Assembly: GCA_035360515.1 (NCBI GenBank)
Contig: DAOSAY010000009.1
Span: forward strand, 7,674-71,673
Reading direction: 5' to 3'
From: Bacteroidales bacterium
GTDB lineage: Bacteria; Bacteroidota; Bacteroidia; Bacteroidales; VadinHA17
Length of the DNA stretch: 64,000 nt
The notes beneath the pieces are model-generated. The model worked only from the letters and a program-made list of their open reading frames with translations. It was not told where the DNA came from and ran no database searches. The position numbers were made by a program, and so were the translations under genes. Below are positions 1 through 8,225 of the stretch, in pieces; positions within the stretch are counted from its first letter, which is position 1; each line of letters begins with the position of its first letter.

Positions 1-1
1 G

Positions 2-478
2 AATCCGGTTTTTGAAAATGAATCTATTGAAGAATTACGTATAAAAGCACCAGCAGTGCTTGGCGGTTATTTGAATGACAGGAATGTATCCGGTATTTCA
101 ATTACCTCACTGGCAGTTGCTAATTCAGGCATAATTAATTCGCTGTGCTTTTCCATTCTTCAATGCACAGGTACAAGAATTACACGAAACATATATATTT
201 CCTGTCCCACCTGCGGGAGGACAAAGTTCAACCTGCAGGAGGTTCTTAGAAAAGTTAAAGAAAAGACTTCTCATCTCCGGGGGCTGAAAATTGCTGTGAT
301 GGGTTGTGTGGTAAACGGTCCAGGTGAGATGGCTGGTGCCGATTGGGGATATGTGGGAGCCTCGGAAGGGAAAGTTCACATATATAAAGGTACAGAGCCG
401 GTTTTGAAAAATGTCAGTGAAGACAAAGCTATTAATGAACTTTTAAGGCTAATTGAAGAAGATCAGGCAAGCCGGTAA
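2..478 (+). CDS. ispG: 4-hydroxy-3-methylbut-2-enyl diphosphate synthase IspG/GcpE, C-terminal part (5' end lies outside the window)
   Basis: The frame is open from the window edge. The translation contains ISCPTCGRT and IAVMGCVVNGPGE, the Fe-S cluster Cys motifs of the IspG C-terminal domain. Confidence 0.8.
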   Translation, partial: NPVFENESIEELRIKAPAVLGGYLNDRNVSGISITSLAVANSGIINSLCFSILQCTGTRITRNIYISCPTCGRTKFNLQEVLRKVKEKTSHLRGLKIAVMGCVVNGPGEMAGADWGYVGASEGKVHIYKGTEPVLKNVSEDKAINELLRLIEEDQASR

Positions 479-2592
479 TCAAGCTGTTTTTTCTGGATAT
501 CGGCCTTTACAACTTCAACCTTTACCCTGTCGCCAAGCCTGTATTCCTTTTTTGTATATCTGCCCCTTATACAATAATTGCTTTCGTCGTATTCGTAGTA
601 ATCATCATCGAGGTCGCGGATATGAATCATGCCTTCACATTGATTCTCAATAATTTCAACGTAGATGCCCCATTCCGTTACTCCAGAAATGACACCTTCG
701 AAGACTTTACCTATCTTATCCGCCATAAACTCTACCTGTTTGTATTTAATTGAGGCTCTTTCTGCTTCCATTGCGACACGTTCCATTTTAGAGGAATGTT
801 CACACAGTTTTTCGTATTTTTCTTTTCCTCCGGGATTTTCCTTATTGAGGTACATTGCAAGGAGGCGGTGAACCATAATATCAGGGTAGCGTCTTATAGG
901 GGAGGTGAAGTGGGTATAATACCTGAAAGATAGGCCGTAATGCCCTATATTATCGGTAGAATAGACAGCTTTGGCCATTGAACGTATTGCAAGGGTTTCA
1001 ATTATGTTCTGTTCGTTTGTTCCCTCTGCCTGATTGAGCAGTTTGTTCATGGCTTTCGGAAGGTTATTGATATTATTTACTTCGAGTTTATATCCGAATC
1101 GCTGGATGAAATGGACGAATGAATCGAGTTTTTCCGGATCAGGTTTGTCGTGAATACGGTAAACAAATGTTTTCCCTTTTAATTTTTTACCCACGAACTC
1201 AGCAACCCTTCTGTTGGCAAGGAGCATAAATTCTTCTATCAGCTGGTTGGCAGTTCCCATATCCCTGAACTTTATTGCAAGGGGTTTACCATGTTCATCG
1301 AGGTCGAACTGAACCTCAACGCGTTCAAAGAAGAATGAACCGGCGGCAAAACGGTTTTTTCTCAGGATCTGGGCAAGGCGGTTGAGTACCAGGAGCTGCT
1401 CTTTCATATCACCTTCTCCGGTGTCGATAATCTTCTGGGCTTCTCCGTATGAGAACCTCCGGTCGGATCTTATGACCGTCCTTCCAAACCATTCCGACAG
1501 AACTTCTGCATTATCGTTCATCTCCATTACAACTGAGAAAGTCAGTTTATCTTCATACGGATTAAGAGAACATACATGGTTTGATAATTTTTCAGGGAGC
1601 ATCGGAACGACTCTATCGACAAGGTATACCGATGTTGCTCTCTGCCGGGCTTCCTGGTCGAGGAGTGTTCCAGGTTTTACATAATATGTTACGTCGGCAA
1701 TATGTACACCCACTTCCCAGTTGCCGTTATCAAGCCTGCGCAGGGATATAGCATCATCAAAATCGCGTGCATCTGCAGGATCTATCGTAAAAGTTGGGAC
1801 GTCCCTGAAGTCGCGACGCCCTTTAAGATCTTCACCGGTAATGGCATCAGGAATTTTCTCTGCTTCTTTTTCAACTTCCGGCGGGAAATCATAAGGGAGT
1901 TCGAACTCGGCAAGTATTGCGTGTATTTCAGTTTCATGTTCACCAGGATAACCAAGCACTTCAACTATCTCGCCAACCGGATTTTTAGCCCTCGAATCCC
2001 ATTCTATAACCCTTGCAACCGCTTTCTGCCCCTGTTTGGCACCATTGATTTTTGATTTCGGGATGAAAATGTCAAAGGGCATATTCTTATTATCGGGAAT
2101 AAGGAAAGCCATGTTGGAAACTATCTCTACAGTTCCGACAAATGTTGATTTTGCCCTTTCAAGTATGGCAACTACCTCTCCTTCGGGTCTTGTTCCTTTT
2201 CTCCGTGCATATAGTCTAACTTTCACTTTGTCGCCATGAAGAGCTGTCTTCAGATTTCTGGATGAAACAAACACATCATCATCTATTTCGTCGGAAATAA
2301 CAAAGCCGTATCCCATTCTTGTAAGCTCTACAGTACCGGTAATATATCCTTTTCCGGCTTTCACCAGGTACCGGCCACGGCGTGTTTCTTTAATAAGTCC
2401 CTTTGAAGCCAGGGATGATAAAATGCCAATTATTTGTTTTCGTTGATGCTCATCGCTTATATTCAGCTTTTTAGCTATCTGCTTGTAATTAAATGATTGT
2501 CCTGCGTAATTGTTCAGAACACCTTTTACAAGTTCCTCAAGCTCAGCAGAGGAGAAAGATTTTTTCCCTTCGCCTTTTTTACGTTTAGCCAT
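463..2592 (-). CDS. rnr: Ribonuclease R (RNB-family 3'-5' exoribonuclease)
   Basis: RNB-domain motifs DPADARDFDDA and HYGL..YTHFTSPIRRYPD, plus a C-terminal S1 domain (GVISGVTEWGIYVE). I moved the start from 2625 to ATG 2592 (MAKRKKG) because a TACCTTTG -7 box lies inside the longer ORF. Confidence 0.9.
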   Translation of the reverse strand: MAKRKKGEGKKSFSSAELEELVKGVLNNYAGQSFNYKQIAKKLNISDEHQRKQIIGILSSLASKGLIKETRRGRYLVKAGKGYITGTVELTRMGYGFVISDEIDDDVFVSSRNLKTALHGDKVKVRLYARRKGTRPEGEVVAILERAKSTFVGTVEIVSNMAFLIPDNKNMPFDIFIPKSKINGAKQGQKAVARVIEWDSRAKNPVGEIVEVLGYPGEHETEIHAILAEFELPYDFPPEVEKEAEKIPDAITGEDLKGRRDFRDVPTFTIDPADARDFDDAISLRRLDNGNWEVGVHIADVTYYVKPGTLLDQEARQRATSVYLVDRVVPMLPEKLSNHVCSLNPYEDKLTFSVVMEMNDNAEVLSEWFGRTVIRSDRRFSYGEAQKIIDTGEGDMKEQLLVLNRLAQILRKNRFAAGSFFFERVEVQFDLDEHGKPLAIKFRDMGTANQLIEEFMLLANRRVAEFVGKKLKGKTFVYRIHDKPDPEKLDSFVHFIQRFGYKLEVNNINNLPKAMNKLLNQAEGTNEQNIIETLAIRSMAKAVYSTDNIGHYGLSFRYYTHFTSPIRRYPDIMVHRLLAMYLNKENPGGKEKYEKLCEHSSKMERVAMEAERASIKYKQVEFMADKIGKVFEGVISGVTEWGIYVEIIENQCEGMIHIRDLDDDYYEYDESNYCIRGRYTKKEYRLGDRVKVEVVKADIQKKQLDYRLA

Positions 2593-2606
2593 TTTTCTGG
2601 TTTTTG

Positions 2607-2614
2607 CAAAGGTA
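2607..2614 (-). promoter_or_regulatory. Bacteroidota-type -7 promoter box (TACCTTTG) for rnr
   Basis: Exact match to TAnnTTTG on the minus strand, 14 nt upstream of ATG 2592. Confidence 0.4.
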
Positions 2615-2638
2615 AGAATTACCAAAGGTTAAAATTCA

Positions 2639-2646
2639 TAAATTTG
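2639..2646 (+). promoter_or_regulatory. Bacteroidota-type -7 promoter box (TAAATTTG) for the PqqD cassette
   Basis: Exact match to TAnnTTTG, 17 nt upstream of ATG 2664. The whole intergenic space is only 38-70 nt. Confidence 0.4.
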
Positions 2647-2663
2647 ACATATATTGAAATTTT

Positions 2664-2951
2664 ATGGAATTACTTAATCAGATACCTTCCCGTTCTTCAT
2701 CGGTTGTGACACGCAAGACTGGAAATGAATATATTATTGTCCCGGTAACAGACAATATTGCAGATATGGACAGTATATTCACCCTTAATGAAACAGGGGC
2801 TTTCATATGGGAACAGATTGACGGCGAAAAAAGTGTTGAAGAGATTATCCGGCTTGTCGTGGACGAATTTGAAATCGACAGAGATACTGCAACTAAAGAT
2901 GTACTGGGTTTTTTGAGCACGATGAAAGAATATCTGATCATCAAAATGTGA
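2664..2951 (+). CDS. PqqD-family protein (RiPP recognition element / peptide chaperone)
   Basis: 95 aa. The pattern YIIVPV...IFTLNETGAFIWEQIDGEKSVEEII..VVDEFEID...A.KDVLGFL..M matches the PqqD family consensus along its full length. Confidence 0.8.
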   Translation: MELLNQIPSRSSSVVTRKTGNEYIIVPVTDNIADMDSIFTLNETGAFIWEQIDGEKSVEEIIRLVVDEFEIDRDTATKDVLGFLSTMKEYLIIKM

Positions 2952-2998
2952 GAATTTAGATTTCTTCCCGGATTCTTATGTGACACAATAAATTGTAA

Positions 2999-3910
2999 AT
3001 GAGAGAATACTGCCTGAATATTGCAGGATATAATATAAAGGTAAAATCTGCACCTGGCGGACCCCTCCTTGGGCCTTCGGCAAGATTTGAAGGAAGTCGG
3101 GTGCAGAGTAATAAACATGATATTTTGATAAGAGTTCACACCGGACAATTTATTCTGCCTGCTGGAGCAGAAAGGGTTTTTCATGCTCCTTTTGTTGGGG
3201 AGAGAGAGGGAAAAACCTTTATAAGGAGTGAGGAGTTCTGGGATGTTTACCGTGATAAAGAGGGGGGGCTCTACATCTGTACCATATTCCCTCTTGAAGA
3301 GTCACAGGATAGAGGTACTCTTATTTTTTCGCTGCAGTCGGATGTCTGGGAGCTCTGGATTGAAGGTAAGGGAGGGAAGATTGATCCGCTGGCTTATCCG
3401 CTCGACGGACTTCTGCTTTATTATCTTACTGTAATAAGCAACGATATCATGATTCATGCTTCAGGAGTCGGTTTTGAAGATAGAGGCTATATTTTCAGCG
3501 GGGTGTCGGGGAAAGGAAAATCAACAATTGCACGTTTGTGGCATGATGCCGGCGCCAGGGTGATCCACGACGACAGACTTATAATCAGAAAGATGAATGG
3601 TGAGTACCGTTTCTATAATACTCCTGTATATAATAATGACAAACCTCTTGAAGCACCGCTCAGCGCAATATTTCTAATTGAGCACGGTATGGAAAATAGA
3701 ATTGAGCCATTGAGCGGTGTACAGGCAGTGAGCCAGCTGCTTGCAAACTGTATTCAGCACAACTGGGACAAGAATATAACTGGTAATCTTGTTAACGCTA
3801 TAACAGATATGTGCGAAAAAATCAGGGTTTTCCGGTTTTATTTCAAACCTGAACCTTCAGCAATTAATTTTATACTGGACCATGAGCATTCACAGAAAAC
3901 ATATAGATGA
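2999..3910 (+). CDS. HprK-related kinase (HPr kinase C-terminal-like P-loop domain) with an uncharacterised N-terminal half
   Basis: IMIHASGVGFEDRGYIFSGVSGKGKSTIARLW...VIHDDR matches the HprK C-terminal core (H-A-S, G-x-S-G-x-GKS-T, DD). The first ~150 aa show no motif I recognise. Confidence 0.7.
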   Translation: MREYCLNIAGYNIKVKSAPGGPLLGPSARFEGSRVQSNKHDILIRVHTGQFILPAGAERVFHAPFVGEREGKTFIRSEEFWDVYRDKEGGLYICTIFPLEESQDRGTLIFSLQSDVWELWIEGKGGKIDPLAYPLDGLLLYYLTVISNDIMIHASGVGFEDRGYIFSGVSGKGKSTIARLWHDAGARVIHDDRLIIRKMNGEYRFYNTPVYNNDKPLEAPLSAIFLIEHGMENRIEPLSGVQAVSQLLANCIQHNWDKNITGNLVNAITDMCEKIRVFRFYFKPEPSAINFILDHEHSQKTYR

Positions 3911-4331
3911 ATTAAGGAACATAAGCGTTTCGCTCCTTTCGGAGGGGAAGACAATAAGGATCAAAGCTCACGGATACAGCATGTATCCCACCATAAAACC
4001 TGGAATGGTAATCATGATTGAACCTATCAGATTAAAAGGTCTGCCTCAGAAAGGCGAAATTGTTGCAATAAATAAGGACAAGGGAATAGTGGTGCACCGG
4101 ATTGTTGAAATTATTGACGAGGGAGGAAAAAAGAAATATATTGCACGTGGCGACAGCAATCCTTTCCCTGATGCACCTGTAACAATCGATATGATACCCG
4201 GCAGAGTCACCGGGTTGGAAGGTTTTGCCCGGTTGCCTGCTGAATTTTCAAAGAAGCCAAATTATTTCTTTAACCGTTGGAGAGTGATTATGATACATAT
4301 TGCCGGCAGATTCAAGAATCTGAAAAAATAA
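3882..4331 (+). CDS. S24/S26-family peptidase, ER/archaeal (SipW-like, Ser/His) signal-peptidase type
   Basis: AHGYSMYPTIKPG gives the nucleophile Ser box. VVHRIV has His where bacterial LepB has Lys. ARGDSNPFPD resembles the SipW/Sec11 GDNN..D box. The ORF overlaps the upstream kinase gene by 29 nt. Confidence 0.65.
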   Translation: MSIHRKHIDELRNISVSLLSEGKTIRIKAHGYSMYPTIKPGMVIMIEPIRLKGLPQKGEIVAINKDKGIVVHRIVEIIDEGGKKKYIARGDSNPFPDAPVTIDMIPGRVTGLEGFARLPAEFSKKPNYFFNRWRVIMIHIAGRFKNLKK

Positions 4332-4355
4332 AATAATAAACTGACATCTGGCCTG

Positions 4356-6155
4356 ATGAAAAATTTAAGACTTCTTTTTGAGTCAGTAAAGCTTGTAAGA
4401 GAGAGTGCTCCGGGGTGGACTGCTGCAAATGTTGCAGTCTCTTTGCTCAGAAGTTTTATTCCACTTGTACTGCTGTTCCTCATAAGAAGCCTGATTGATA
4501 CGATAACCCAGGGTGTTTCATCAGGCGGAGAGGTATCTACTGCCCGAATTGTCTATTCAATTACAGCTGTTATAGTTGTATTTTTGATTGATGAGATGTC
4601 GTCAGAAATAGGGAATTATATAAGGAAAAAGCAGTCGTACCGTCTTGAGGAATACATGTATAAGCTTTTGCATTCAAAAGCCACAGCTCTGGATCTGATT
4701 AATTTCGAAAATCCTTCTTATTTTGATAAATTGTCGAGGGCAGTCAGAGAAGCTACATGGCGACCGAATAACATACTCAACAACTTCGTTGCTCTGTTCA
4801 GGGGGATTATTTCACTTATTCTAATGGCCAGCCTTCTCTTTACTTTGAACTGGTGGATAGCCCTGCTGCTTGTAGTAGTAAATATTCCAGGCATATGGAT
4901 GAGGCTACATTATGCTTCAGTTCTTTATTACTTTAGAAAGGAACTAACGCCCGAGGAGAGGAAAGCAGGATATTTCAACTGGTTGCTAACAGGAGACCGG
5001 CCATCGAGGGAAATAAGGCTATTTGGACTCGGTGATTATTTTATCTCTCATTTCAAAGAGTCGTTCAGACAATATAAAGAAAAAGAAATAGACATTTTAC
5101 GCAAGAGAACTGCTATCGAAACAGTTTCAGGCGTAATTAAGGCATCAGCACTTTTTATCGTGCTTTATGTTATTGCACGTCAGACGATAAGCGGGGAAAT
5201 TACGCTCGGAAATATGGCAATGCTCATACTGGCTTTCAGACAGGGGTTGATATATATAAGAGATATCCTGAGTTCGGTAGCGGGTCTTTATGAAGATTCA
5301 TTGTTTACCGGTGACATCTTTGAATTTTTGATGCTGAAAGAAAAAATAAAAGAAGATGAGCCGGTTTCTGAAGTAACTCCGCTTAAAAAGGAAATAAGAT
5401 TTGAAAATGTAACTTTTACATATCCCGGTAATAATTCTCCGGCGCTGAAAGATGTCAATCTGACACTAAAGAAGGGGGAGATTGTTGCGCTTGTTGGTTC
5501 GAATGGCTCCGGTAAAAGTACTCTGGTGCGAATACTTTGCAGACTCTACGACCCTGATAGTGGGGCTGTATTTTTTGACGGAAAAAATATAAGGAATTTT
5601 AAGCCGGAGGAATACAGAAAACAGTTTTCGGTACTTTTTCAGGATTTCATGCTGTACAATTTGAGCGCGGGGGAGAACATTTTACTTGGAAACATAGAAG
5701 CAGGGAGGCAGGAGGAAAGGATGAAGCTTGCTGCAATGTCGGCAGGTATACACTCATTGATTGAATCACTGCCCGGAGGTTATGATACACAGATTGGACC
5801 TCTGTTTGACGAGAGCCGTGAATTGAGCTGGGGTGAATGGCAGAAGATTGCTCTGGCCCGGACCATTTATCGTGATGCATCAGTGATGATACTCGATGAG
5901 CCTTCGAGTGCTATTGATTCGGAATCGGAATATGAAATTTTCAGCCGTTTCAGAGAAATAGTCAAAGGGCAGACCGTGCTGCTTATAAGCCACCGCTTCA
6001 CCAGTGTCAGACTAGCCGACAGGGTAGTTGTCCTGGAAGGCGGCAGAATAGCAGAAAATGGAACACACACTGAATTGATGATGAAAAAGGGATTGTATTA
6101 TAATATGTATACAAGGCAGAAAAATATGCTAGGGGATGGGGAACAGACTTCTTGA
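4356..6155 (+). CDS. ABC exporter, fused permease and ATPase half-transporter (MsbA/McjD-like architecture)
   Basis: N-terminal multi-TM region followed by an NBD with Walker A GSNGSGKST, a variant signature LSWGEWQ and Walker B VMILDEPSS. Confidence 0.9.
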   Translation: MKNLRLLFESVKLVRESAPGWTAANVAVSLLRSFIPLVLLFLIRSLIDTITQGVSSGGEVSTARIVYSITAVIVVFLIDEMSSEIGNYIRKKQSYRLEEYMYKLLHSKATALDLINFENPSYFDKLSRAVREATWRPNNILNNFVALFRGIISLILMASLLFTLNWWIALLLVVVNIPGIWMRLHYASVLYYFRKELTPEERKAGYFNWLLTGDRPSREIRLFGLGDYFISHFKESFRQYKEKEIDILRKRTAIETVSGVIKASALFIVLYVIARQTISGEITLGNMAMLILAFRQGLIYIRDILSSVAGLYEDSLFTGDIFEFLMLKEKIKEDEPVSEVTPLKKEIRFENVTFTYPGNNSPALKDVNLTLKKGEIVALVGSNGSGKSTLVRILCRLYDPDSGAVFFDGKNIRNFKPEEYRKQFSVLFQDFMLYNLSAGENILLGNIEAGRQEERMKLAAMSAGIHSLIESLPGGYDTQIGPLFDESRELSWGEWQKIALARTIYRDASVMILDEPSSAIDSESEYEIFSRFREIVKGQTVLLISHRFTSVRLADRVVVLEGGRIAENGTHTELMMKKGLYYNMYTRQKNMLGDGEQTS

Positions 6156-7311
6156 AATAAGGGATGAGGAAATATTGCTCATAGGTCTTTGCCGCCTTTC
6201 ATTTGATGAGAAACTTCGTGGCAGAATTAGTGAACTTGTTAGATTAACGAGTGACTGGGATTATTTCACGAATCTTGCTATGGAGCATGGAATAGCTGCA
6301 CTTGTGTGGCACAATCTTGAAAAGCTTGAACTGTTGAACTATCTTCCTGAAAAGAATGCCTCTGTGCTCCATTCTTCACTTCTGTTAAGCGTTACCAGAA
6401 ATGCCTTTCATCTGACTGGAGCTGAAGAAGTAATATCTTTGCTTAACAGGGCAGGTATAAAAGTTGTTCTTCTTAAAGGTCTTGCCCTTGAACTGACTTT
6501 ATACGGAAACTCAGGCCTGCGCCAGATGACTGATATAGACCTGCTGATAAGCAGGCGCGATTTCCTGAAAGCAAGAGATATTCTTCTGCATAACGGCTAT
6601 GATTCGTTGCCTGTAAAATCGGGTTTTCATAAACCTATAATGGAATGGACGGGAAAACATCTCCCTACACTTATGAAAAATGGCCTCTCGGTTGATATCC
6701 ACCTTGAGCTTTTCCCGGGTAAGAAGAATAATTTGACCTCAAAAGTAATTGAGACGGCAAGGGAGATAAGACTCGAACGGGAAACAGCTTATGTCCCGGA
6801 CCCTGAGCTTTTCTTCCTTTATCTCGTAAGGCATCTTTATTTTCACGAGCTGAACGACGAATCACAACTCAGGCTTTATGCGGATCTTGTTTTGATGGCG
6901 GAAAAATATGGGAGTGAGATATTCAGGTATAAGCTTCTTGAGGATGCAAAAGAAGCAGGTTTGACAAAAATTCTTGCATGGAAGCTTGAGCCTTTAAGAG
7001 ATTTATGGGGTCTTGAATTTCCCGATTGGCTGAATGAATTTACAAGCAGGAGGTTCAATCCTGATTCTATAAACAGATTTATTTTCTTTTTAAAAAGTCC
7101 GAAAGGAAATAAACCTGTTAATCCCGGGAAGGTATACCGGAGGATGATACGTGACATTCCGGGTATACACCGCAAGATTCTGTTTGTTTTAGGTGACATC
7201 TTTCCTTCTCTGACTTTCATGAAGGTCAGATATGGTGTAAATAATACACTTAAAGCATTGCTTTATTATCCCCTTCGTGTTGGTAAGTTATTCAGGCTTA
7301 TAAGTAAGTAG
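6136..7311 (+). CDS. Uncharacterised nucleotidyltransferase-family protein (NTP_transf_5 / PF14907-like)
   Basis: LLKGLAL...YGNSGLRQMTDIDLLISRRDFLKARDILLHNGY fits the family pattern as I recall it. The ORF overlaps the ABC gene by 20 nt. Confidence 0.6.
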   Translation: MGNRLLEIRDEEILLIGLCRLSFDEKLRGRISELVRLTSDWDYFTNLAMEHGIAALVWHNLEKLELLNYLPEKNASVLHSSLLLSVTRNAFHLTGAEEVISLLNRAGIKVVLLKGLALELTLYGNSGLRQMTDIDLLISRRDFLKARDILLHNGYDSLPVKSGFHKPIMEWTGKHLPTLMKNGLSVDIHLELFPGKKNNLTSKVIETAREIRLERETAYVPDPELFFLYLVRHLYFHELNDESQLRLYADLVLMAEKYGSEIFRYKLLEDAKEAGLTKILAWKLEPLRDLWGLEFPDWLNEFTSRRFNPDSINRFIFFLKSPKGNKPVNPGKVYRRMIRDIPGIHRKILFVLGDIFPSLTFMKVRYGVNNTLKALLYYPLRVGKLFRLISK

Positions 7312-7315
7312 ATGT

Positions 7316-8191
7316 TTACCTGCCCAGTTTTCTGGCTATTGCTTTAATATGTTCGGGTGTTGTGCCGCAGCAGCCACCGATTATGTTAACTCCAATGCTT
7401 ACCAATTCTGGTACGAATGATGACATAATTTCGGGTGATTCGGGAAAGATTGTCTTGCCATCAATAAGTTGTGGCACACCCGCATTAGGCTGGATGATGA
7501 GAGGGACTTCGCGGTCGGCTTCCCTTATAGCACGTGCCACACCTGTAAGCACTTCCGTGCCATTTCCGCAGTTTGAGCCGATTATATCTGCACCTGCCTC
7601 TCGGAGTATTCTTATCATATCGGCAGGGGTAACGCCCATGATTGTATAATATGTTCCATCTGGTGCCGGGTTGAAGGTCATGGTAGCTATTACTGTGCAG
7701 TGGGTATTTTCTTTTGCGGCCTTTACAGCGATAGCAGCTTCTTCGGCATCGCTCATCGTTTCGATTATTATGATATCGGCTCCCCCTTTTTCGAGTGCGG
7801 TTGCCTGTTCGCTGAAGGCTTCATACAGTTCATCGGCAGTGATATCACCTGTCATAAGTATTTTTCCTGTAGGTCCTATTGAACCGGCAACGTGCCGATC
7901 TGGTCCGGCTGCTTCGCGCGAAATTGATGCAGCAGTTTCATTTATTAAAGATGCTTTATCGTCCAACCCGTACTGTGAGAGTTTTATTCTGCTTCCTCCA
8001 AAACTGTTTGTTTCAATTATGTCTGCTCCTGCCTCGATATAACTGCGGGCAATGTCTAACACATCATCCCGTCTCGTAAGATTCCATAATTCCGGGCATT
8101 CCCCGGGCTGGAGCCCCTTCTGTTGGAGCAATGTGCCCCATGCACCGTCGCACAACAGAACGCGGGTTTTTATTTCATCAAGAATATTCAT
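7316..8191 (-). CDS. Homocysteine S-methyltransferase family protein (stand-alone Hcy-binding domain)
   Basis: LLCDGAWGT at the N-terminus, IGSNCG, and a C-terminal IIGGCCGTTPEHI zinc/homocysteine-binding Cys pair. Confidence 0.8.
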   Translation of the reverse strand: MNILDEIKTRVLLCDGAWGTLLQQKGLQPGECPELWNLTRRDDVLDIARSYIEAGADIIETNSFGGSRIKLSQYGLDDKASLINETAASISREAAGPDRHVAGSIGPTGKILMTGDITADELYEAFSEQATALEKGGADIIIIETMSDAEEAAIAVKAAKENTHCTVIATMTFNPAPDGTYYTIMGVTPADMIRILREAGADIIGSNCGNGTEVLTGVARAIREADREVPLIIQPNAGVPQLIDGKTIFPESPEIMSSFVPELVSIGVNIIGGCCGTTPEHIKAIARKLGR

Positions 8192-8225
8192 TAATAAGTT
8201 TAACCTGTGATTTTTATGATTCCTG

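Noticed and set aside
2678-3184. 168-aa ORF on the minus strand, considered as a possible hidden precursor or regulator inside the PqqD cassette
   Set aside because: It is antisense to both the PqqD and kinase genes, has no start context or promoter box, and has the composition typical of a shadow ORF.
5493-5510. GGTTCGAATGG string resembling a tRNA T-arm
   Set aside because: It encodes the Walker A loop (VGSNGSGKS) of the ABC exporter. No acceptor or anticodon stems flank it. I saw no tRNA elsewhere in the window.
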